Origin: Anaerolineales bacterium
Lineage (GTDB): Bacteria > Chloroflexota > Anaerolineae > Anaerolineales > E44-bin32
DNA length: 64,000 nt
NCBI GenBank assembly: GCA_041573795.1
Contig: JBFFQB010000001.1
Location: forward strand, 18,876 to 82,875
Reading direction: 5' to 3'
The notes beneath the pieces were generated by a model, which was given only the letters and a program-made list of their open reading frames with translations, was not told the origin of the DNA and ran no database searches. Of the stretch, positions 52,117 through 61,839 are shown piece by piece (within the stretch, counting starts at the first letter, position 1; every line of letters begins with the position of its first letter). Position numbers and translations under genes: made by a program.

Positions 52117-54468
52117 TTGGAGACCCCTGTGGCCAAACGTTCATCGTCTCGCACTAGACGCAAATCGACCCCTAAAAAAAGGACCAAATCCTCTTCAGGC
52201 CGCCGACGGTCTACACAAAAAGCATCGCCCCAGAACCGGATCTCGAACGGCTTGGATACGGTGCGGGAGGCTTTGTCCAAACCAGAGCGAAAGAAGGACA
52301 TCCGTGGCCTCCTGCTGGTTGTTGTTGGCCTGCTCACAGCGTTGGGAATCATTGTCCCACGTGAAGACCTGCTTGGTTTGTGGAACCGTATACTTGGACA
52401 GGTTTTCGGTTGGGGCGTATACCTTGTCCCCCTGGTGTTGATTGCAGTGGGATTGTATCTCCTGCTCAGACGCTGGCGTGATCGTTTGCCTCAATTTGAT
52501 CCTGAACAAATCGTCGGCGCCGTACTGTTTTACCTTCTCCTTCTTACCGCCCTACATGGAATCCTTGGCGCCACAGACTTATCTAGTGGTTTGGCTCAAG
52601 CCCGGATCGGACGGGGGGGAGGCTTAATCGGTGCTTGGATCCTGTCTATATTGATGCGTGGCTTGGGTGGGGGAGGGACGATTGTAGTGCTCGTCGCCTG
52701 GTTTTTGATCGCTCTGACATTCAGCATCGGAACGTCGCTGCCAGAGTTGTTCGGCTTTTTGGGCCGGATATGGACCTACTTGTTTGAACAGTTCGCACCA
52801 CCCGTGGATCGAGGATCGCAGGATTCAGCCTCCCGTTCTCCTGCACTTGGCCGACCGGTACAACCCCGGCGAGAGCAGATCCCCTCACCGCGACCCACAC
52901 CGACTTCCCCCTCAGGCTCCCCTGCGCAACCTCCCGAAGGTGAATCGACAGACCAAGCAACGATGAAAAAGACCGATTGGGTGCTTCCCAGCCTGGAAGA
53001 GATTCTTGAGCAAGGAGCTGTTGGAAGAGCGGACCAGACCTTTGACCGAGAGCGGGCACGCTTGATCGAGGAAACGCTCCTGGCATTTGGCGCACCAGCC
53101 CGTGTGGTCGAGATCAATCGTGGGCCGGTGATCACACAATTCGGCGTAGAACCAGATTTTATCGAGGGGCGCGGCGGTCGTCGCACCAAAGTCAAGGTGA
53201 GCAAAATCTCGGCATTGGCAGATGATCTGGCGCTTGCCTTGGCAGCGCCATCGATCCGGATCGAAGCGCCCGTTCCAGGAAAAGGCTTTATTGGTATCGA
53301 AGTCCCGAACACCGAAGTTGCTTTGGTCGCACTGCGGGATATTATGGAATCCAAGACATACCAGAAACTTCAATCGCGCCTCGGCCTGGGGTTGGGGAAA
53401 GATGTCTCTGGGGGTTCGGTGGCGGCGGATTTAAGCGCCATGCCTCACCTTCTCATTGCGGGCACTACTGGCTCGGGCAAGTCCGTCTGTGTGAACGCCA
53501 TCATCTCTTGCTTACTGTTGCAGAATACCCCCGATCAGTTGAAGCTAGTGATGGTCGATCCCAAGCGTGTAGAGTTGACTTATTTCAACGGCATCCCCCA
53601 TTTGCTCGCACCGGTTGTCGTTGACCTTGAGCGGGTAGTACCAGCGCTACAGTGGGTCTCCAAGGAAATGGATCGCCGCTATCAACTCTTCGCAACGGAA
53701 GGGGTCCGCAATATAGCCGATTACAATGAGCGCATGAATCATCTTGAACAACCCGAGATGCATTACATCGTGGTTGTGATCGATGAGCTGGCGGACCTGA
53801 TGATGTTGGCACCGGATGAGACAGAGCGTGTGATCACGCGACTTGCCCAACTTGCCCGGGCTACCGGGATTCATCTGGTTATCGCCACCCAACGACCATC
53901 TGTGGATGTTGTTACGGGTCTGATCAAGGCCAACTTCCCGGCACGTGTCGCTTTCGCTGTGGCGTCATCGGTGGACAGTCGTGTGATCCTGGATCAGCCT
54001 GGTGCCGAGCGCTTGCTAGGACGTGGTGACATGCTCTTCCAGGCTCCGGATGCACCCGCACCTTTACGTATGCAAGGGGCGTTTGTCTCTGAAGCTGAGT
54101 TAAACCGCTTGATTCGTTACTGGAAAATCGCCAGTCTGGGTGGCGAGGAGACACAGCCAAGCTCAACTGAACCTGTCACAAGCATCCCTTCGAGTGTTCC
54201 GCTCACGCAGGTGCCGATGTGGACTGAAGCTGCGGATGGGGATACTGATCTAGACCCCATCTTCCCTGAAGCTGTGCAAATCGTAAGAGAAATGCGCAGA
54301 GCTTCGATCTCGTTGCTCCAGCGACGATTACGGATCGGCTACACACGCGCTGCACGACTGGTGGACCAGCTCGAGGAGCAGGGCATTGTTGGTCCCGCGC
54401 AGAGTGGATCGCAGCCCCGTGAAGTGCTGGATTATGGCTCACTCGCTGCGCAAGATTTGGAAGATTAA
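52117..54468 (+). CDS. ftsK: DNA translocase FtsK/SpoIIIE
   Basis: 783 aa. Basic N-tail, 4 TM, P/S-rich linker. Motor domain with Walker A GTTGSGKSV and Walker B IVVVIDELADLM. Gamma (winged-helix) domain ISLLQRRLRIGYTRAARLVDQLEEQGIVG. Start codon uncertain. Confidence 0.93.
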   Translation: METPVAKRSSSRTRRKSTPKKRTKSSSGRRRSTQKASPQNRISNGLDTVREALSKPERKKDIRGLLLVVVGLLTALGIIVPREDLLGLWNRILGQVFGWGVYLVPLVLIAVGLYLLLRRWRDRLPQFDPEQIVGAVLFYLLLLTALHGILGATDLSSGLAQARIGRGGGLIGAWILSILMRGLGGGGTIVVLVAWFLIALTFSIGTSLPELFGFLGRIWTYLFEQFAPPVDRGSQDSASRSPALGRPVQPRREQIPSPRPTPTSPSGSPAQPPEGESTDQATMKKTDWVLPSLEEILEQGAVGRADQTFDRERARLIEETLLAFGAPARVVEINRGPVITQFGVEPDFIEGRGGRRTKVKVSKISALADDLALALAAPSIRIEAPVPGKGFIGIEVPNTEVALVALRDIMESKTYQKLQSRLGLGLGKDVSGGSVAADLSAMPHLLIAGTTGSGKSVCVNAIISCLLLQNTPDQLKLVMVDPKRVELTYFNGIPHLLAPVVVDLERVVPALQWVSKEMDRRYQLFATEGVRNIADYNERMNHLEQPEMHYIVVVIDELADLMMLAPDETERVITRLAQLARATGIHLVIATQRPSVDVVTGLIKANFPARVAFAVASSVDSRVILDQPGAERLLGRGDMLFQAPDAPAPLRMQGAFVSEAELNRLIRYWKIASLGGEETQPSSTEPVTSIPSSVPLTQVPMWTEAADGDTDLDPIFPEAVQIVREMRRASISLLQRRLRIGYTRAARLVDQLEEQGIVGPAQSGSQPREVLDYGSLAAQDLED

Positions 54469-54529
54469 TTGTTACGAAGGTAGCAGAGGGAACAACGTGA
54501 ACCACGCAAATAAGGTATATCGATCCTTA

Positions 54530-54558
54530 TTGCACCTGTGTATGACTCATGCTATGAT
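54530..54558 (+). promoter_or_regulatory. candidate promoter TTGCAC-17 nt-TATGAT (with TGc extended -10)
   Basis: Hexamers at 54530-54535 and 54553-54558, about 110 nt upstream of the BMP lipoprotein ATG. Confidence 0.45.
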
Positions 54559-54668
54559 TTCGAGTGCTCAACAATCCGGACCACAACCTTGACCGGCCAA
54601 TGGCCAGAAAGGGGTGATTTGGTAAAAGAGCAAAATATCCACCACCACCATTTACTGGAGGAGAAAAG

Positions 54669-55736
54669 ATGCAGAAGAAGATTTTAGGACTCGTAACACT
54701 GCTCCTGCTTGCTTCGCTGGTCATCACTGCATGTGCAACGCCGCCTGCAGAAGAACCGGCACCGCCGGCAGATCAGCCACCGGCAGCCCCGGCAATCCTG
54801 GCATGCCAGGTTACCGATACGGGTGGTATCGATGACAAGTCGTTCAATGCCACAGCCTGGAAGGGTGTCGAGGACGCAGTAGCTGCACTGGGCGCTGAGG
54901 GCAAGTACCTAGAGTCACAGCAGCAAACAGACTACGAGACCAACATCAATGCCTGGATTGAAGAAGGGTGTGATCTGATCATCACAGTTGGTTTCTTGCT
55001 TGGTGATGCCACTGCAGCCGCCGCTGAAGCCAACCCGGATCAGAAGTTCACGATTGTCGACTTCGCCTATGATCCTGGCTTTGACAATGTCGTTGGTCAG
55101 GTCTTCAACACGCAGGAAGCCGCCTTCCTGGCTGGCTACGTATCGGCTGGTGTGACCCAGACCGGTAAGCTTGGGACCTTTGGCGGCATTCCCATTCCGC
55201 CTGTAACGGTCTTCATGGACGGTTTCGCCCTCGGTGCAGCCTATTACAATGAAGTTCACGGGACGGCTGTTGAGGTGCTCGGGTGGGATCCTGCCACGCA
55301 GGAAGGCTTGTTCACTGGCAACTTCGAGAGCCTCGAAGACGGCCGCAACTTGGGCGAGTCGCTCATGGATGAGGGCGCTGATATCATCATGCCCGTCGCC
55401 GGACCGGTTGGCCTGGGCACAGCCGCTGCCGCTGAAGAGCGCGGTGGCGTCTACATCGTTGGTGTGGATGCTGACTGGGTGCTAGTAAATTCGCAGTATG
55501 CTCCCATCGTTCTGACGTCGGTTCTTAAGAACATGGACGTGACCACGTTCAACGTGATCCAGGCCGCACTAGACGGTACCTTCGCAGGTGGTGTGACCGT
55601 AGGTACGCTTGAGAACGGTGGTGTGGGCCTGGCCCCCTTCCATGAACTGGAGGGTATGGTTTCAGCAGAGCTCCAGGCTGAGCTGGATGACGCGGCAGCC
55701 AAGCTGATTGCGGGAGAACTCTCCGCCGTTCCCTAG
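54669..55736 (+). CDS. BMP-family (PnrA/Med-like) ABC substrate-binding lipoprotein, nucleoside-type
   Basis: Lipobox LVITAC. TDTGGIDDKSFNATAWKGV, GFLLGDA, GVDADW motifs. GGAGGAG RBS. Confidence 0.88.
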   Translation: MQKKILGLVTLLLLASLVITACATPPAEEPAPPADQPPAAPAILACQVTDTGGIDDKSFNATAWKGVEDAVAALGAEGKYLESQQQTDYETNINAWIEEGCDLIITVGFLLGDATAAAAEANPDQKFTIVDFAYDPGFDNVVGQVFNTQEAAFLAGYVSAGVTQTGKLGTFGGIPIPPVTVFMDGFALGAAYYNEVHGTAVEVLGWDPATQEGLFTGNFESLEDGRNLGESLMDEGADIIMPVAGPVGLGTAAAAEERGGVYIVGVDADWVLVNSQYAPIVLTSVLKNMDVTTFNVIQAALDGTFAGGVTVGTLENGGVGLAPFHELEGMVSAELQAELDDAAAKLIAGELSAVP

Positions 55737-55773
55737 GCTCCACTGAAACAGACTCAAGGAACATTGCACGCAA

Positions 55774-55810
55774 CGAGGCTGGTTTTTTGAACCAGCCTCG
55801 TTTGTTATTT
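55774..55810 (+). terminator. rho-independent terminator/attenuator after the binding-protein gene
   Basis: CGAGGCTGGT-TTTTTGA-ACCAGCCTCG followed by TTTGTTATTT. Confidence 0.75.
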
Positions 55811-55835
55811 GACAGTTTTCCCGCTAAATTGCTCA

Positions 55836-55844
55836 TGGTACAAT
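55836..55844 (+). promoter_or_regulatory. candidate extended -10 promoter TGGTACAAT for the ATPase/permease genes
   Basis: Located just after the terminator, about 50 nt upstream of GTG 55894. Confidence 0.35.
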
Positions 55845-55893
55845 CAACGGAGTCTTTGTACATTTCCTCCACACCATTCAGAACGGCTTCAAG

Positions 55894-57468
55894 GTGACCA
55901 TGGAACCAGTTCTCGAACTTCGCAATGTTACGAAGCGTTTCCCCGGAGTACTCGCAAACGATCATATCGATCTGGACCTGAAACAAGGTGAGATCCACGC
56001 TTTGCTGGGAGAAAACGGCGCCGGCAAGACGACCTTGATGAATATCCTCTATGGACTCTACGCTCCAGATGAGGGTGAGGTGATCGTGCGCGGTAAGAAA
56101 GTTGACATCCAGGACCCGGGTGATGCCATCGAGGCCGGGATTGGCATGGTGCATCAACACTTCATGCTCATCCCGGTCTTCACCGTCACAGAAAATGTGA
56201 TGCTGGGGGAGGAAGCGCTGCAATTTGGCGATTTCCTCAACCGCGAGTCTGCCTCAAAACGTATTCAAGAGATCTCAGAAAATTACTCGCTTGCCGTTGA
56301 ACCGGATGTCTACGTTCGCGACATACCCGTCGGCGTGCAGCAGAGGGTAGAGATCATCAAGCTGCTTTACCGTGAAGCCGACATCCTCATCCTGGATGAG
56401 CCAACGGCTGTCCTAACGCCCCAGGAAGCGGATGAGCTATTCAAGATCATGCGCTCGTTGGTCGAACAAGGCAAATCGATCATCTTCATCACGCATAAAT
56501 TGCGCGAAGTATTAGATGTCGCTGATCGAATCACTGTAATACGAAGGGGAAAGGTTGTAGGTAGCACAACGCCAAAAGAAGCGGATAAAAACAAATTGGC
56601 GGAGATGATGGTCGGCCGTGCTGTCCAGCTCGGTGTAAAAAAGGACCCGGCCAAACCGGGCGAGGTGGTGCTTGAAGCCGATCAACTAGTCGTGTTGAAT
56701 GATCGCAATCAGGTTGCTGTGGACGGCGTCTCCTTTCAGGTCCATGAGGGCGAGATTTTTGGTATCGCCGGGGTTCAAGGCAACGGCCAGACCGAGTTGG
56801 TTGAAGCGGTAACAGGATTGCGTCGGGCGCACAATGGCCGCATCCAATTCTTGAAAAAAAACATTATCAACGCAGATCCGCGCGCGATCACCGAAATCGG
56901 GGCGGCCCATGTGCCGGAGGACCGCCAACGCGATGGGCTCGTGCTCCCATTCCCCGTGGCAGACAACTTGGTCCTCAATACCTATTATCTCGAGCCGTTC
57001 ACCGAGGGTGTCGTGCTTCAAAGCGAGAAGATCATCGAGAATGCCAACAAACGCATAAATGAATACGATATACGGACCCCGGGCCCAATCACTTCTGCTG
57101 GTTCGCTATCAGGAGGCAATCAGCAGAAAGTCATTGTCGCACGTGAATTCTCTCGACCCATCAAGCTCCTGGTTGCCTCACAACCTACAAGAGGTCTTGA
57201 TGTGGGTTCGATTGAATTTATCCACAACCAGATTGTTAAGAAGCGCGATGAGGGCATTGCCGTACTTCTAGTTTCGCCCGAATTGGATGAAATTATGGAG
57301 CTTTCCGATCGCATCGCGGTCATGTATCGCGGAAAGATCGTCGCCATTGTTCCCAGTGAAGAAGCAACCAAAGAACAGATCGGTTTGTTGATGGCGGGTA
57401 TTGAGCCGGAGAAAGCCAAACCAAAGACCAAAAAGAAAAAATCACCTAAGTCTAAGTCGGCCACATAG
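55894..57468 (+). CDS. ABC transporter ATP-binding protein with two fused NBDs (sugar/nucleoside CUT2 type)
   Basis: 524 aa. First NBD GENGAGKTT / ILILDEPT. Second NBD LSGGNQQKVIVAREF / LLVASQPTRGLD. K-rich C-tail. Confidence 0.9.
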   Translation: MTMEPVLELRNVTKRFPGVLANDHIDLDLKQGEIHALLGENGAGKTTLMNILYGLYAPDEGEVIVRGKKVDIQDPGDAIEAGIGMVHQHFMLIPVFTVTENVMLGEEALQFGDFLNRESASKRIQEISENYSLAVEPDVYVRDIPVGVQQRVEIIKLLYREADILILDEPTAVLTPQEADELFKIMRSLVEQGKSIIFITHKLREVLDVADRITVIRRGKVVGSTTPKEADKNKLAEMMVGRAVQLGVKKDPAKPGEVVLEADQLVVLNDRNQVAVDGVSFQVHEGEIFGIAGVQGNGQTELVEAVTGLRRAHNGRIQFLKKNIINADPRAITEIGAAHVPEDRQRDGLVLPFPVADNLVLNTYYLEPFTEGVVLQSEKIIENANKRINEYDIRTPGPITSAGSLSGGNQQKVIVAREFSRPIKLLVASQPTRGLDVGSIEFIHNQIVKKRDEGIAVLLVSPELDEIMELSDRIAVMYRGKIVAIVPSEEATKEQIGLLMAGIEPEKAKPKTKKKKSPKSKSAT

Positions 57469-57481
57469 TGAGGGTTCTCCA

Positions 57482-58762
57482 TTGAGCGAAGAAGAAAAGA
57501 ACAAGAAACCAGACGCCGGCAAAGTATTCATAGAAGAGCTGACCAAGGGGCCTGATAAGGACGCGTCTTTATGGCGGCGCACCTGGCAAGCGTTATCTGT
57601 GCCGTTGCTAGCGCTCATAAGCGGTTTGATCCTAGGCGCTATTTTAATCATTGCGACTTCACAGGATGTCTATAGCTTGTGGGCCACATCCCCTCTTGAA
57701 GGACTTAAGGCAGGGTGGACGGAAGTCCGTGTTTCCTATGGAGCGTTGTTTAGTGGGTCGATCGGTGACCCAGCCAGGATCATCGCAGCGTTGCAAAGCG
57801 GCGATGGACTTGAAATCCGGCGGGCATTCAACCCCATCTTGGAAAGCCTCACTGCAAGCACACCCTTTATTTTTGGTGCCCTTGCCGTCGCACTGGGTTT
57901 CCGCACAGGGTTGTTCAATATTGGTGCCGAGGGGCAGCTCTTCATCGGTGCAATCTTTGCGGCCTTTGTCGGCTACTCCATCACGGGATTGCCAGCGATC
58001 ATCCACATCCCTCTGGCCCTTGGCGCGGGGGCTCTTGGAGGTGCTCTCTGGGGATTTATCCCTGGTTGGCTGAAAGCAAAAACAGGAGGCCACGAAGTCA
58101 TCAATACCATCATGATGAACTACATCGCCTTCCGCTTGAGCGATTGGCTACTCAATGGCCCGATGCAACGGCCCGATTCCTTCAACCCGGTCAGCCCGAC
58201 CATCTCTGAAAGCGCCATGCTGCCCAAATTCTTTGCTGACCCGATTCGATTTCACCTGGGGTTCTTCCTCGCCCTCGGTGTGGCTTGGTTGGTATATTGG
58301 TTCCTTTTCAAAACAAGATGGGGCTTCGATCTTCGCTCCGTGGGCTCTAACCCTCATGCTGCGCGCTATGCCGGCATGAACATCGTCGCAAGCACCGTAT
58401 TGGCCATGTCTTTATCTGGCGCGTTGGCGGGCTTGGCGGGTACGAACGAAGTGCTGGGGCTCAACCACAATTTGGCGATGGCCTTCTCCTCGGGTTATGG
58501 TTTTGATAGCATTGCGATTGCGCTGCTTGGCAAGAATCATCCCTTAGGTGTTGTTATCGCCTCTTTGTTGTTCGGTGTATTACGCACGGGCGCGATCCGC
58601 ATGCAGGTTGCGGCGCAGATCCCGATCGACATCATTACAGTTTTGCAGGCATTCATCCTGGCCTTCATCGCTGCCCCCGCTATCATCCGGACGATATACC
58701 GCTTACGCGAACCGGAGATCGAAGAAGAGGCGGTATCGATCCGCGGCTGGGGAGGTGACTAA
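57482..58762 (+). CDS. ABC transporter permease (BMP/CUT2 system, first permease)
   Basis: Multi-TM. NIGAEGQLFIGA motif. TTG 57482 follows the ATPase stop (57468). The track start at 57401 overlaps the ATPase. Confidence 0.85.
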   Translation: MSEEEKNKKPDAGKVFIEELTKGPDKDASLWRRTWQALSVPLLALISGLILGAILIIATSQDVYSLWATSPLEGLKAGWTEVRVSYGALFSGSIGDPARIIAALQSGDGLEIRRAFNPILESLTASTPFIFGALAVALGFRTGLFNIGAEGQLFIGAIFAAFVGYSITGLPAIIHIPLALGAGALGGALWGFIPGWLKAKTGGHEVINTIMMNYIAFRLSDWLLNGPMQRPDSFNPVSPTISESAMLPKFFADPIRFHLGFFLALGVAWLVYWFLFKTRWGFDLRSVGSNPHAARYAGMNIVASTVLAMSLSGALAGLAGTNEVLGLNHNLAMAFSSGYGFDSIAIALLGKNHPLGVVIASLLFGVLRTGAIRMQVAAQIPIDIITVLQAFILAFIAAPAIIRTIYRLREPEIEEEAVSIRGWGGD

Positions 58763-58764
58763 CG

Positions 58765-60033
58765 ATGACAACCGCAGTTATCGAACGCAAGGAAATCGAG
58801 CTTGTCTCGCCAACCCGCCAGCGTGTCATGGGGATCTTCTTCCTGCTAATTGGTGCCACGATATGGTTCTTCTTTGGCCGATCGGTGGAGGCGGGTTCGG
58901 TGACAACCTTTGGACTCGTACCCGGTGGTTTTGAATCTACTCTGCCGGATTGGGTCCTTCCGGCCCCGGCGACATTAAACATTCTAGCGGCTATCTCAAT
59001 TTTTCTAGGAGGCTTTCAGGTGATACGCGGCTTCGGCCGTCGTACAAACACCATCCTGGGATTGGTTGCCGGTTTCTTCATCTTTGGCTTCCTGACCTGG
59101 GCTGCTGCCGGAAAATCGATGAACCTGGCTGGACTGCTCAACACGACCCTGAATAAGGCGGTCCCGCTAACTTTGGGTGCGCTTTCTGGTGTGCTGTGTG
59201 AACGTGCTGGTGTGGTCAACATCGCTATCGAAGGCATGATGCTTGCGGGAGCGATGGTAGCGTCACTGGTCGGCAGCCTCTTCGGGAGCTTGTGGCTCGG
59301 ACTGCTGGCAGGAGTGCTGGTTGGCGTGTTGCTTGGATTGGTGCATGCTGTGCTCTCGATCAAGTACGTAACCGATCAGATCATTTCAGGCACAGTGATC
59401 AACATCTTTGCGGGTGGTATCACTGCCTTCGCCTCACAAAAGTTCCTGCAACCAAATCAGGCCTTGAACGACCCCGGGATTTTTCGGCCGTTCGAAATCC
59501 CATTACTGGCAAAGATTCCGATCATCGGACCGATCTTCTTCAATAACAATCTTTTCATCTATGCCATGTTCATCTTCATGATCGCACTTCATATTGGGTT
59601 GTTCTATACACGCTGGGGCCTGCGCCTGCGCTCGGTGGGTGAGCATCCGAAAGCAGCAGATACGCTGGGGATCAACGTGTTCCGTACACGCTACATGGCG
59701 GTACTGCTGGGTGGCGCAATGGCGGGGTTTGCCGGCGCCTACTTCACCATCGGGTCGGTGGGCCGTTTCGATGAGTTTATGACCGCTGGCCGAGGTTTCA
59801 TTTCTCTGGCCGCGATGATCTTCGGCAACTGGACTCCTATTGGCTCCTTTGGTGCCGGATTGCTCTTTGGCTTCGCCGATTCACTCGCTTCGAAGCTAGC
59901 GATCCTGGGGGTACAGATACCTTCCGAATTCCTGCTGATGACGCCATACGTGGTGACGATGATCGTGCTGGCGGGTGTCGTCGGACGTGGACAGATGCCA
60001 GCAGCAGATGGACAGCCGTATGTGAAAGAATAG
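58765..60033 (+). CDS. ABC transporter permease (BMP/CUT2 system, second permease)
   Basis: 422 aa, multi-TM. VNIAIEGMMLAGA motif. ATG 3 nt after the upstream stop. Confidence 0.88.
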   Translation: MTTAVIERKEIELVSPTRQRVMGIFFLLIGATIWFFFGRSVEAGSVTTFGLVPGGFESTLPDWVLPAPATLNILAAISIFLGGFQVIRGFGRRTNTILGLVAGFFIFGFLTWAAAGKSMNLAGLLNTTLNKAVPLTLGALSGVLCERAGVVNIAIEGMMLAGAMVASLVGSLFGSLWLGLLAGVLVGVLLGLVHAVLSIKYVTDQIISGTVINIFAGGITAFASQKFLQPNQALNDPGIFRPFEIPLLAKIPIIGPIFFNNNLFIYAMFIFMIALHIGLFYTRWGLRLRSVGEHPKAADTLGINVFRTRYMAVLLGGAMAGFAGAYFTIGSVGRFDEFMTAGRGFISLAAMIFGNWTPIGSFGAGLLFGFADSLASKLAILGVQIPSEFLLMTPYVVTMIVLAGVVGRGQMPAADGQPYVKE

Positions 60034-60071
60034 CAGGCGCTATCTGTATCCCTTCAAACAACATGTACCTA

Positions 60072-60105
60072 AAGGGGCGGGTCTACACCGCCCCTTCTTT
60101 GTTTG
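60072..60105. terminator. bidirectional terminator between the ABC operon and murJ
   Basis: AAGGGGCGG-GTCTACA-CCGCCCCTT followed by CTTTGTTTGTATTT. Confidence 0.75.
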
Positions 60106-60226
60106 TATTTGGTGAAAGTATGGAAAGGGGCAAGCCGCCATGTTGCCCCTGCTGCGTATTAACAAAGTGGCAGGGCTAATGCTACTCTCTCGAAAGGTAT
60201 GAAGTAGCGTGCCCCTACCTATACCC

Positions 60227-61762
60227 TCAGGTAGTACCTTTTTGCCCTCTTTGCGCCAGTCCACGTAGCAATGCTATCGGTAACGTGCGAATCTCCTTCA
60301 ATCCGAGCAACGCAGCGCTGACGAGATAGACGACAGCGCCCAGCAACCCACCGCCTAAGAAGAGCATGAGTCGCCCCGGCTCGATGACCCGGGCGAAGAG
60401 CAGAATTGCGCCACCCATCAATGCGGAGGCGATCAATGCCCGACCGGCATCCACGAGGATCTGTTGGGCATTAATTCCCTTCCAGCGGATGTGCAAGATC
60501 GTCAGCCCGATAAACGATTCAATCCCGACAGCGATGCCGTTTGCCAATGCCAGCCCGCCATGCTCGAGGCCGCCTTCTCGCAGGGGGCGAGAGAGCCAGA
60601 TCGCGAGACCGACATTTAGCGCCGTAGTGAAGAAAGAGACCAGCAGCGGTGTAAGGGTATCCTTCTGGGCGGCGAAGGCGCGCACGACAACCTCCAAAAC
60701 GGACTGGCTGACCAACGCTACGACATAGAACTGGAGAGCATAATAGACCAACGCCGTGCTTTCGGCGGTGAACTCGCCGCCTTCAAAGAGCAGTCCGATC
60801 ACCGGGCGGCCCAGCACAATTAGTCCTACCCCGGCGGGCAACGCCAGGGTGAGGATGGCACGCAGCGATCCGCTTAGAGCCCCGCGTTGCGAGGCGACAT
60901 CTTTTTCGGCAGCCAGGGCGGCCATGGTTGGGAAGACTGCGATTCCGATGGCGGTGCCAATCAACGTCCAAGGTGTATTCATGAGTTGAAAGGCATAGCG
61001 CAGGGATGAGACACGACCCACACCAAGCCCCGAGCCGAGATTGGCATTGATCCAATCGATGCTGGCGCGGGCCATCAAGAGATCGAGCACACGCGGTGCC
61101 ATCAGAATCGCCACTCGTTGGAGGGCGGGGTCGCGCCAATTAATCAGCGGATGCCATTTCACTCTATAGTAGAACAATCCGGGGATTTGGATGAGTAAAT
61201 GCAAGATTGCGCCGATACATGCGCCCCAGGCAAGGCTGAAAATTCCCAGGCTTGGTTGTAATACTACCGCCCCTACAATAATCCCCAAGCTGTACATCGT
61301 GGGCGCCAGCGCAGGTAGGAGAAAGTGCTGGTGGGCATGCAGAGTTCCGGTAATGATGCTGCTCACGGCGAAAATCACCGTGGAGAGTAAGAGCACCCGC
61401 ATCAAGTCGGCGGTTAAGGTCCGTGTTTCAAGAGGGAAGTTAGGCGCAATGCCCCAGCGAGCCGAGATCAGCATTGGCGCCGTAAGGGCAAGGATAACTG
61501 CAGCGGCTCCCGTCAGAAGCAGGATGGTGTTTACAACCTGGCTGAACAATCGATGGGCAGCCTCTGAATCCCGTCCTTTAAGTTCGGCATAAATTGGGAT
61601 AAAAGCGAAGGCTAATGCTCCGCCAGCGAGCATGGTGAAGAGCAGCTCAGGGATGCCATTGGCGGCTGTGAAAGCATCGAGCTCGGCGGTAGTGCCAAAG
61701 CGGGTGGCGATGACGCGCTGGCGCACGAGGCCAAGGATCAGGGAGGCTCCCAGACCCAGCAT
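60227..61762 (-). CDS. murJ: lipid II flippase MurJ (MviN family)
   Basis: Multi-TM with ...LVRQRVIATRFGTTAELDAFTAANGIPELLF... MurJ N-terminal signature. First canonical in-frame start downstream of the upstream gene stop is ATG 61762. The track start at 61972 overlaps the upstream gene by 133 nt. Confidence 0.85.
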   Translation of the reverse strand: MLGLGASLILGLVRQRVIATRFGTTAELDAFTAANGIPELLFTMLAGGALAFAFIPIYAELKGRDSEAAHRLFSQVVNTILLLTGAAAVILALTAPMLISARWGIAPNFPLETRTLTADLMRVLLLSTVIFAVSSIITGTLHAHQHFLLPALAPTMYSLGIIVGAVVLQPSLGIFSLAWGACIGAILHLLIQIPGLFYYRVKWHPLINWRDPALQRVAILMAPRVLDLLMARASIDWINANLGSGLGVGRVSSLRYAFQLMNTPWTLIGTAIGIAVFPTMAALAAEKDVASQRGALSGSLRAILTLALPAGVGLIVLGRPVIGLLFEGGEFTAESTALVYYALQFYVVALVSQSVLEVVVRAFAAQKDTLTPLLVSFFTTALNVGLAIWLSRPLREGGLEHGGLALANGIAVGIESFIGLTILHIRWKGINAQQILVDAGRALIASALMGGAILLFARVIEPGRLMLFLGGGLLGAVVYLVSAALLGLKEIRTLPIALLRGLAQRGQKGTT

Positions 61763-61839
61763 GACAACGAGCGTCGAACGGGCGACGGCAACGCCACGCT
61801 GCGAACCAGGAGAAGGTGAGCTAGCGTCGTTATGGACGG

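Noticed and set aside
52776-53354. 192-aa and 153-aa minus-strand ORFs inside ftsK
   Set aside because: They are antisense to the FtsK linker and motor region and have no recognisable domains.
55549-56223. 224-aa minus-strand ORF bridging the BMP lipoprotein and ATPase genes
   Set aside because: It crosses a terminator and promoter region and lies antisense to two supported genes, so it is implausible.
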